DNA of 32,000 bases. Origin: Candidatus Saccharimonadota bacterium (GTDB lineage: Bacteria; Patescibacteriota; Saccharimonadia; Saccharimonadales; Saccharimonadaceae). The translations under genes were made by a program, and so were the position numbers. This document shows, piece by piece, positions 1 to 6,616 of the stretch. The stretch covers positions 750,001-782,000 of the forward strand of contig CP064995.1 in the NCBI GenBank assembly GCA_016700015.1. Reading direction: 5' to 3'. The notes under the pieces were generated by a model. The model saw nothing but the letters and a program-made list of their open reading frames with translations, was not told the DNA's origin and made no database searches. Numbering within the stretch: the first letter of the stretch is position 1; each line of letters opens with the position of its first letter.

Positions 1-615
1 GGACTTCTCGTCCGCCGTCATGTCGCGGTTACGCGACTCGGTCTTCGTGGTCCACTCGGACTCAGGAGCATCGACGTACTGACCCACCGAGTCGCCCCAC
101 ACCTGTGGGATAGTGGTAACAGTACGAGTCTGGACAACCGTTGCGGTTGCGCAGCTCTTGGCCCCATCGACCCAGTCGGTCGTGACCGTGCGCGGGCCAG
201 GGTTGGCCGGCACACAGTTCAACGCCCCGAAGGTCACAGTCCGCGTGTCGGTACCGGCCTGGTTCGCCCACTTCAGGGCGAACGTGACCGTACCGCCGGC
301 CGTGGTGTAGACACCGAGGTCGATAGTGAACTGCTCGGTGGCACCCACCTTGACGGTCTTGGTTCCACCCGACTTGCTGGCCACCGTTGCAGTGACCACC
401 ATGTCGAGGCCAGAACTAGCCGGCTCAGTGTTGGTGAACGTAGCGTTCACCTGCACGCCTGAGTTGCTACAGACAGCCGTAGCCGACTGAGACGTCGACC
501 ATGCGTAGGCCATGCGAGGACTGAGGCTCACGCCGATCACGGCGATCACCAAGATCGCCAGCCAGCGCCCTACGTTCACACGCCACTTGGGCGCACGATG
601 CGTTGTTGCACTCAT
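1..615 (-). CDS. Secreted or membrane-anchored protein of unknown function, 3'-truncated by the window edge (N-terminal 205 codons present)
   Basis: Absent from the ORF track because it runs off the left edge. Reading the minus strand from ATG 615-613 (GGAAGGGG 8 nt upstream) I find no stop through position 1. The product starts MSATTHRAPKWRVNVGRWLAILVIAVIGVSLSPRMAYA/WSTS, a signal peptide or TM anchor, then Thr/Val-rich beta-type sequence. About 63% GC with G/C-ending codons, unlike the rest of the window. Confidence 0.6.
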   Translation of the reverse strand, partial: MSATTHRAPKWRVNVGRWLAILVIAVIGVSLSPRMAYAWSTSQSATAVCSNSGVQVNATFTNTEPASSGLDMVVTATVASKSGGTKTVKVGATEQFTIDLGVYTTAGGTVTFALKWANQAGTDTRTVTFGALNCVPANPGPRTVTTDWVDGAKSCATATVVQTRTVTTIPQVWGDSVGQYVDAPESEWTTKTESRNRDMTADEKS

Positions 616-796
616 GCTTCACACCCCTTCCAGGGATTGAACGTGAGATGATCAGATTGTCAAATGCGCCTGTCATCCAGGCAAGCGCAATTACTGCGAC
701 AGCCCGATCAGGCACTCACCCCACCCCACGTGTCGGCAGGGTAGATGCTTTGGCTATATTAGCATATTGTAGATTAAATGTAAATAGTATTCTATA

Positions 797-1522
797 CTAC
801 TTATGTTTTAAAGTCTGTAGCACAAAAAATCGCTCGTGATTGCCTTTGCTACCCTTCACATCACTGTCTGCTTTATCAACAATAATATAATAATTCTTCA
901 CCCATTGTTCGAAACTTTTTAGTATGTCACGACGCACACGGTCATTTTTAATCACCCCGCTCGTGCCTACTTGGGCTTTAGTTGCCTCAAACTGCGGCTT
1001 CACCATCGCTAGTACCGTGGTAGTTGGGCAGCATAGGGTGGCAATATAGGGCAAAATATCACGCAAGCTTACAAAACTGACGTCTATCACTACAATGTCG
1101 GGGGTCAGTAGTGGCCGAAAACTGCGAATATCGGTTTTTTCGTGTAGTTCTATGCGCGCATCGCCGCGCAGACTCGGGTGCAGCTGATCGGTACCGACAT
1201 CGACAGCAATCACCTTTTTTGCGCCGTGTTGCAGAGCATAATCGGTAAATCCACCGGTGCTACTACCGACGTCGAGCACTACTTTACCTGCAAATGATAC
1301 CGTAAACATGTCAGCCACCGATGCAAGCTTTAGCCCGGCCCGGCTGACATAGCGTTCGCTCGCTGTCAGTTCTAATTCGTCATTCTCGTCGACAAAATAC
1401 CCCGGTTTACTGACCAGTTTACCCTGCACTGACACCTTACCAAGGCGTATCCAGCTCTCGGCCTGCGAGCGCGTAGGCGCCAGCCCGGCTTTCACAACCG
1501 CTTGATCAAGTCGAATCTTCAT
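797..1522 (-). CDS. tlyA: TlyA-family rRNA 2'-O-methyltransferase (S4 domain plus FtsJ-like methyltransferase)
   Basis: 241-aa ORF. N-terminal S4-like RLDQAVVKAGLAPTRSQAESWIRLGKV. SAM motif VLDVGSSTGGFTDYALQHGAKKVIAVDVG. AAGGG Shine-Dalgarno upstream. Confidence 0.9.
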   Translation of the reverse strand: MKIRLDQAVVKAGLAPTRSQAESWIRLGKVSVQGKLVSKPGYFVDENDELELTASERYVSRAGLKLASVADMFTVSFAGKVVLDVGSSTGGFTDYALQHGAKKVIAVDVGTDQLHPSLRGDARIELHEKTDIRSFRPLLTPDIVVIDVSFVSLRDILPYIATLCCPTTTVLAMVKPQFEATKAQVGTSGVIKNDRVRRDILKSFEQWVKNYYIIVDKADSDVKGSKGNHERFFVLQTLKHK

Positions 1523-1534
1523 ACCCTTATGGTA

Positions 1535-3214
1535 TCAGGGATACATAATCTGCTCAATCTGGCGCGCCACATTGGCAATATAGGCATAGGAATAGCCTTT
1601 AGTCATGATCGTCAAAACATAACTACCCTTTGGCCCATACACGATCGCCGTGTCATGCACGTAGTCCCACAAAAATCCTACTTTGTCGTACACCGTGCCC
1701 TTGACTCCTGTTGGAATACCATAGCGGTAGGTGTGTGTGCTGAGTGAGTGCAACAGGTGGTCACGGTACGCACCGCCTACCAAACTGCCATTTTCCAGAC
1801 CAATCATAAACTTTGTCAGGTCGGCCGCTGTGGTATGTACCGCTTCGGGGTGCGTAAAGGTCGTACCGCTACTAAACCCAAGCGAATAGACATAGTTATT
1901 CATGGCATCGCGTCCGAACTGGCTGAGCCACTCCACAGCACACGGGTTAGTACTGGCAATCGTCATACGGTCGAAACAGCCGCTAACCGTCGTATCGAGC
2001 ATTGGGTCATCCCAGTGCACCGTACCGTCGTCCATAGCCTGGAACAAGCGCTTGGCGACAAATAGCTTGTACGTGCTGGCACTGGGGATACTTTCGTCGG
2101 CCCTGCCGCTGGCACTCCAGCCCTGCCCGCCGAGCTGTTGCACGGCAATCCGCACATTTTGCGTGCTGGTAGCATAGGCTACATAGGCGCGTAGCCCAGC
2201 CTCACTGTGGCTGTAGCTGCGGTTATAGGCTACCCCAGGTGCAACTGGCTGCAGCTGCACGGTAAGGCTAATCGGCGTGTCGGAAAGCAGCGCCGCTTCA
2301 AGTTCCGCTGCAACCGCATCGACGTCGAGCGACTGCCCAGGGGTACCAGCCGTGCGAGCGGTTTCGTTCCCATCAACCACCGCCACTGTGGTCGACACTG
2401 GCGCAACTTTCAGCTTGTCATTTATGGCTTCGATGTACTGTTTGATCGATTCTTTGTTCGCAACAAGCGCTGCCGATGTCGGTTGAGTGTCAATCTGCAG
2501 CCAGCCTGCCTTTGTGGGTGGGTCAGGGGTATAGGTTCCTTTGCCTTCCACAGTAATAGTAATGGGCTTAGCCAGAACTGTTTTGGCCTGCAAGGTGGCA
2601 CTAGCGATTGCTTTGTCGGGCCGCTGGGGAATGAGTGGCTTTGAAGGCACAGCAATGGTAGTTTTTTCACTACTATAGCTACCAGCTATCAGGGCATTGC
2701 GCACCTCACTGGCCGACACATGGTAGCCGTTTTGCGCTGGCGTAACCTCTAGCTGCCCGTTCTTGATTGCTAGCGTTGCATCGACGGGTTCGCTCGATAA
2801 CTGCGCAGCAACATCAGTTGTTACTTTTGTTACTTGCTGACCATCAAAACTCACATCGAGCGTACTCACCTGCGGCCATTTGAATAATAGTGAAAATGGA
2901 ATAAAGCGCTGCCACAAAGGGTACGCGACCAGCTGCTCACTCATGCGCTCGGCATTCACCGACGCACCTAGTTTGGTAAGTGGCGTCACGATCGCTCTAC
3001 TGCCGGTTTTTAGTTCCACATTGGTGCGTTCGAACTGCTGCTGGAACTGGCTCGACAGATCGTTTTGCTTATGCAGTGCTACCCATTCACCGCCCACTTT
3101 TGCAAGCGGCACGGCTGATTCATACGGGTACAGTAGCTGTACGCAAAGAACAAGCAGCAAAATCGCCGCCTGTATCACTGCCAGCCGCTTCACCTTGCGC
3201 ACATGGGGGTGCAT
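1535..3214 (-). CDS. Membrane-anchored serine hydrolase with C-terminal class-A beta-lactamase-like domain
   Basis: 559 aa with an N-terminal TM helix (LAVIQAAILLLVLCVQLLY) and a long extracytoplasmic linker region. The C-terminal domain has S-x-x-K (SASTYK), S-x-N (ASTN) and K-x-G (DKVGF) motifs in canonical order. Confidence 0.8.
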   Translation of the reverse strand: MHPHVRKVKRLAVIQAAILLLVLCVQLLYPYESAVPLAKVGGEWVALHKQNDLSSQFQQQFERTNVELKTGSRAIVTPLTKLGASVNAERMSEQLVAYPLWQRFIPFSLLFKWPQVSTLDVSFDGQQVTKVTTDVAAQLSSEPVDATLAIKNGQLEVTPAQNGYHVSASEVRNALIAGSYSSEKTTIAVPSKPLIPQRPDKAIASATLQAKTVLAKPITITVEGKGTYTPDPPTKAGWLQIDTQPTSAALVANKESIKQYIEAINDKLKVAPVSTTVAVVDGNETARTAGTPGQSLDVDAVAAELEAALLSDTPISLTVQLQPVAPGVAYNRSYSHSEAGLRAYVAYATSTQNVRIAVQQLGGQGWSASGRADESIPSASTYKLFVAKRLFQAMDDGTVHWDDPMLDTTVSGCFDRMTIASTNPCAVEWLSQFGRDAMNNYVYSLGFSSGTTFTHPEAVHTTAADLTKFMIGLENGSLVGGAYRDHLLHSLSTHTYRYGIPTGVKGTVYDKVGFLWDYVHDTAIVYGPKGSYVLTIMTKGYSYAYIANVARQIEQIMYP

Positions 3215-3220
3215 GCTACT

Positions 3221-3229
3221 ATTTTAGCA
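3221..3229 (-). promoter_or_regulatory. Extended -10 box TGCTAAAAT, 6 nt upstream of ATG 3214 (leaderless geometry)
   Basis: Plus strand reads attttagca, whose reverse complement is TGCTAAAAT. It lies in the 28-nt gap between two genes and no Shine-Dalgarno is present. Confidence 0.45.
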
Positions 3230-3242
3230 CTTATGCTTACGT

Positions 3243-3716
3243 TTATTCGACCAGTGGTATGGTAGTGCTAACAGTATAGAGTCCACTGCCCGGGTCTTTG
3301 CGCAGTATTTTTAGTTCATTGATAGAGCGATGTTCACCCCTAGCAAAGGATCCGCTGCCATTTTTTAGTGTCACATGAGGCTGATACTTATCATATGCAT
3401 AGGTAGTATCAACAGTGGGAACAATCTCTTCTAATGCGTCCATCGCCAGTTGATGCAGCAATAGTAGTTCGGCTGTCCGCGCCATTCGTCGCACACGCTC
3501 AGTATGCGCCGGCCCAAACCAGTCTTCACCTTCACCGATCAGGTCAACTGCGCCAAATCGATGCAAATCAACACGAAGGAGTGACCCAAACTCGTGAGCT
3601 TGAGCTTCACTCATCATACAAGGAGGAGTCACTGTGAGATGGAGAGGACTACGCGTCTCCCAGCTGCTGCCTTCATCGAGCACGAGCGCAGTATATGTCT
3701 TCGATTCAATCGACAT
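3243..3716 (-). CDS. 2H phosphoesterase superfamily protein (LigT / 2',5' RNA ligase-like)
   Basis: Two H-x-T/S-x motifs (HLTV and HVTL) at the spacing expected for the 2H fold. I chose the start at ATG 3716 (MSIESK...), 1 nt after the efp stop. The track ORF start at 3773 would overlap efp by 56 nt. Confidence 0.6.
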   Translation of the reverse strand: MSIESKTYTALVLDEGSSWETRSPLHLTVTPPCMMSEAQAHEFGSLLRVDLHRFGAVDLIGEGEDWFGPAHTERVRRMARTAELLLLHQLAMDALEEIVPTVDTTYAYDKYQPHVTLKNGSGSFARGEHRSINELKILRKDPGSGLYTVSTTIPLVE

Positions 3717-3717
3717 A

Positions 3718-4278
3718 TTATTTCTTTCGCTCACGGTATTCACCTGTCGTCGTATCGACGCTGATGATATCACCCACTTTAATAAATGCCGGTACTTTCA
3801 CGGTAATGCCGGTTTCAAGCGTCGCGTCTTTCAGCACACTGCTGGTGGTATCACCTTTCACCACATCTTCGGTGTAGGTGACCGTAAGATATAGGTTTTT
3901 CGGTAGCTCGACGTTGATGACTCGTTCCCCGAAAAACTGCAGGCTGAGCATATCGCCTTCTTTTAGGTAGCCTTTGGCATCATCCATCAGCTCGGCAGGC
4001 AGTTCGTGCTGCTCAAAGCTTTCTGGGTCCATAAAGAAGTAGGTAGCGCCATCGTTATAGAGATACTGCACTTGCTTGGTGCGCACCTCGGCTGGCTCAA
4101 TCTTATCCTGGCCCTTAAACGTTTTTGGCAGCACACTGCCGTCGAGCAGATTTTTCAGCTTCACATTGACAATACTGCCACCGCGGCCCATGACTTTTTG
4201 GCCATATTCAATTACCCGGTAAGGCTTGCCATCAATCTGGCACACAACACCTTTTTTGAGATCAGTTGGTTGGTACAC
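3718..4278 (-). CDS. efp: Translation elongation factor P
   Basis: 186 aa. N-terminus MYQPTDLKKGVVCQIDGKPYRVIEYGQKVMGRGGSIVNVKLKNLL is typical of EF-P, including the KPGKG-region equivalent. Confidence 0.95.
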   Translation of the reverse strand: MYQPTDLKKGVVCQIDGKPYRVIEYGQKVMGRGGSIVNVKLKNLLDGSVLPKTFKGQDKIEPAEVRTKQVQYLYNDGATYFFMDPESFEQHELPAELMDDAKGYLKEGDMLSLQFFGERVINVELPKNLYLTVTYTEDVVKGDTTSSVLKDATLETGITVKVPAFIKVGDIISVDTTTGEYRERKK

Positions 4279-4281
4279 GCC

Positions 4282-4479
4282 CTACCCCTGAGCAACAAAT
4301 GGCATCAGCGCGAGATGGCGAGCGCGCTTAATAGCAACTGCCAGTTGGCGCTGCTGCTTGGCGCTAAGGCCCGTTTTGCTGATTGGTTCGATTTGACCAT
4401 ACATATTGATGTAACGCATCAATGTTTTGGCGTCCTTGTAGTCAAAATAGACTGGTGCATCTTTCTTAAATCGTTTCAT
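4282..4479 (-). CDS. rpsR: 30S ribosomal protein S18
   Basis: 65 aa. [49 protein letters not shown] is the canonical S18 core. GGAGAA Shine-Dalgarno upstream. Confidence 0.95.
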   Translation of the reverse strand: MKRFKKDAPVYFDYKDAKTLMRYINMYGQIEPISKTGLSAKQQRQLAVAIKRARHLALMPFVAQG

Positions 4480-4482
4480 ATT

Positions 4483-4830
4483 CTATTCTCCATTAATCAT
4501 TGCTTCAAATTCTTCGTCCGATACCGGTTCGCAGTACCGCTCTACGTCGGCCGCCACATCAGCCGGCGAGCTTGCGGCGATATTTAGTTCAACACTAAAT
4601 ACGTCGCCTAGCGCGAGCGCAGCCCCTTTTTTGCCTAACAGCTCTGCAGTGGAAACCGGGAATACCCCATACCAATTGCAGCATGCGCACTCAGTTCCTT
4701 GCTCTTGAATTGGCTCATAGCTCGGGTCTCCATCAAGCTGTAGCGACATTGCAGTTAGCCAAGAAACACCTACAGGCTCATCAATGGCATGAAGGGCTTC
4801 TAATGTTTTCATTCGTAAAGTGTTTAACAT
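4483..4830 (-). CDS. Hypothetical acidic protein encoded between ssb and rpsR
   Basis: 115-aa ORF with an AAGGAA Shine-Dalgarno 5 nt upstream. Gaps to both neighbours are tight (11 nt and 3 nt), so it is operon-embedded. I recognise no family. It contains ECACCNWYG and RYCEP cysteines. Confidence 0.7.
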   Translation of the reverse strand: MLNTLRMKTLEALHAIDEPVGVSWLTAMSLQLDGDPSYEPIQEQGTECACCNWYGVFPVSTAELLGKKGAALALGDVFSVELNIAASSPADVAADVERYCEPVSDEEFEAMINGE

Positions 4831-4841
4831 ACTATTTCCTT

Positions 4842-5303
4842 CTAGAAGGGAATCTCTGACAGATCAATCGGCTTGTCATCGATATCTTCGATCACAACAT
4901 CTTTGCTTTTACTCGCGCTTTTTGGTGCAGATTGGCTAAAATCATTCTCGCCACTGCTGCTACCGCCGCCGCGACCACCGACAAAGTTGAAGTCTTCCAC
5001 ATTTACTTCGACAGCCTGGCGTTTGTTGCCATCTTTGTCGTCGTAGCTACGCTGATCGAGTCGTCCGCTGACAAGCAGCGCATCGCCCTTTTTCACGTAC
5101 TGTGCGATGATTTCGCCGGCCTTACCCCAGGCAACACAGTTAATGAAGCTGGTTTGCTCCTGTGTCTGGCCGTCTTGGCCTTTCCAACTGCGACTGACAG
5201 CGAGGCTGAAGTTGGCGACAGATTGGCCACTCGGCGTCGTACGCATTTCAACATCGCGCGTCAGATTACCCATCAGGATTACTTTATTAAAACCTTTTGC
5301 CAT
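4842..5303 (-). CDS. ssb: Single-stranded DNA-binding protein
   Basis: 153 aa. OB-fold N-terminus MAKGFNKVILMGNLTRDVEMRTTPSGQSVANFSLAV, a Gly-rich linker and the acidic tip DLSEIPF. Confidence 0.95.
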   Translation of the reverse strand: MAKGFNKVILMGNLTRDVEMRTTPSGQSVANFSLAVSRSWKGQDGQTQEQTSFINCVAWGKAGEIIAQYVKKGDALLVSGRLDQRSYDDKDGNKRQAVEVNVEDFNFVGGRGGGSSSGENDFSQSAPKSASKSKDVVIEDIDDKPIDLSEIPF

Positions 5304-5331
5304 ATCCCTACTTCTCCTTGCCTACCCGTTA

Positions 5332-5688
5332 CTATTCTTCGCTATCTTCGTCTTCGTCGCTGTTTGCTCGACGCTCTTTGGCTTCAGCCAGTGCCTTGCG
5401 ACCCTTTTCGTCGACAGTCACAAGCAGGTAGCGCAGTACTTCGTCGGTGATGTTAAGTGTGTTGCTGATTTTTAGCGGAGCATCAGCTGGCAGCTTAACA
5501 TCCATGTATACATACACGGCAAAATCTTCGCCTTTGATGCGATACGCTAGGCGCTTCTTACCCCAGTTGTCTTCTTTGACGATCTCACCACCGTTGCTTT
5601 TGACAAGTTTTCGCACTTTGTCGAGTGGTGCTTCCAGATCTACTTCGAGATCTGGGTGAATAAGAACGGTTAGTTCATATTCTTTCAT
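5332..5688 (-). CDS. rpsF: 30S ribosomal protein S6 with acidic C-terminal tail
   Basis: Start set at ATG 5688 (MKEYELTVLIHPDL...), preceded by AAGGAGG. The track start at 5811 adds 41 non-S6 residues and overlaps the pheA promoter region. Confidence 0.9.
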   Translation of the reverse strand: MKEYELTVLIHPDLEVDLEAPLDKVRKLVKSNGGEIVKEDNWGKKRLAYRIKGEDFAVYVYMDVKLPADAPLKISNTLNITDEVLRYLLVTVDEKGRKALAEAKERRANSDEDEDSEE

Positions 5689-5763
5689 AGATGGAACCTC
5701 CTTTGGCATCCATTTACGGATAGTTAGTCTGTTGCAACTAACCTCAGGTTGATAACAGATGTA

Positions 5764-5792
5764 ATTATACGCTATTTCAATCTGTATGTCTA
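5764..5792 (-). promoter_or_regulatory. Candidate rpsF-operon promoter TAGACA-17-TATAAT
   Basis: The reverse complement of 5764-5769 is TATAAT, and of 5787-5792 is TAGACA, with a 17-nt spacer. This predicts a ~69-nt leader containing a 7-bp hairpin at 5722-5743. Confidence 0.4.
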
Positions 5793-5793
5793 G

Positions 5794-5802
5794 TGGTACA
5801 AT
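5794..5802 (+). promoter_or_regulatory. Extended -10 box TGGTACAAT, 7 nt upstream of pheA ATG 5810 (leaderless geometry)
   Basis: Read directly as tggtacaat aggacgc ATG. No Shine-Dalgarno is present. Confidence 0.5.
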
Positions 5803-5809
5803 AGGACGC

Positions 5810-6616
5810 ATGCTCGTAGGGATCCAAGGCCAAGCCGGCTCATTTCATGAACACGTCGCCAAGCAGTGGTATGGCGATACTGCTGAGATTGCCTATTTTA
5901 CGTCGTTTGCTAACCTTTTCGACGCCTACGAAGCCGGTGATATCGATGCTGTCGTGGCCGCGGTTGAAAACACACTCTATGGGTCGATCAACGATGTCTA
6001 TCAGCTTGTCGAGCGCTGCAGCGCGCCAATTATTGGCGAGGTCAAACTGCCCATTACCCACAACCTGATTGCTAGGCCAGGTGCGAAACTTGGCGACATC
6101 ACCGAGATCTACTCGCAAATTATGGCACTTAGCCAATGCCACGACACGGTTCGTACTCTTCTGCCTATGGCCGAAATGGTCGAGTATTTTGACACCGCCG
6201 CAGCTGTTGAGTACGTCAAATCGCTTGATTCACCTCATGCGGCTGCTATCGCGAGTGAGCAAGCTGCTCACCTGCACGGAATGACTATTCTGAGGGCGGG
6301 TGTTCAAGATGACCCAACAAATATCACGCGGTTTCTTATTCTCGAAGACCGCGCGACCGACCCTATGGCCAACCGTGCTTCGCTCGTCATTACCACCAGC
6401 CACAAGCCAGGTGCGCTCGCCGAAGTACTTGCTGTGTTTGCCAATGCCGGCATCAACCTCGTCAAGCTTCAGTCCCAGCCTATTCCTGGCAAGCCGTTTG
6501 AGTATAAATTTTTCATAGTCGTCGATGCTGCCGGCAATACCCTACGTAGTCTCGTTGCTGCCATCGAAAAAAGCGACCATCAGGTCACTCTTCTCGGCGA
6601 ATACGTCGCGGCCTAG
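5810..6616 (+). CDS. pheA: Prephenate dehydratase with C-terminal ACT domain
   Basis: PDT-domain start MLVGIQGQAGSFHEHVA. ACT region ASLVITTSHKPGALAEVLAVFANAGINLVKLQSQPIPGKPFEYKFFIVVD. Start chosen at 5810 from the promoter geometry; the track start is 5786. Confidence 0.85.
   Translation: MLVGIQGQAGSFHEHVAKQWYGDTAEIAYFTSFANLFDAYEAGDIDAVVAAVENTLYGSINDVYQLVERCSAPIIGEVKLPITHNLIARPGAKLGDITEIYSQIMALSQCHDTVRTLLPMAEMVEYFDTAAAVEYVKSLDSPHAAAIASEQAAHLHGMTILRAGVQDDPTNITRFLILEDRATDPMANRASLVITTSHKPGALAEVLAVFANAGINLVKLQSQPIPGKPFEYKFFIVVDAAGNTLRSLVAAIEKSDHQVTLLGEYVAA

Noticed and set aside
18-715. Track ORFs 18-215(-), 62-271(-), 113-310(+) and 467-715(-) in the high-GC block.
   Set aside because: They are short, mutually overlapping and Arg/Pro-rich, as expected for off-frame reads of high-GC coding DNA. 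The frame that runs from ATG 615 to position 1 without a stop, with an RBS and a signal peptide, explains the region better.
760-800. AT-only hairpin TAGTAT-aga-ATACTA followed by TTT after the tlyA stop, considered as a terminator.
   Set aside because: The stem is 6 bp and entirely A/T with a 3-nt loop, too weak to call. It also overlaps a TACAAT that could equally be the promoter of the downstream high-GC gene.
5689-5811. N-terminal extensions in the ORF track for rpsF (to 5811), hpt (from 18580), fpg (to 25887) and the 2H gene (to 3773).
   Set aside because: The extensions add non-homologous residues and overlap neighbouring genes or promoters. For Fpg the extension would bury the obligatory N-terminal Pro. 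Internal starts with RBS or -10 support were chosen instead.
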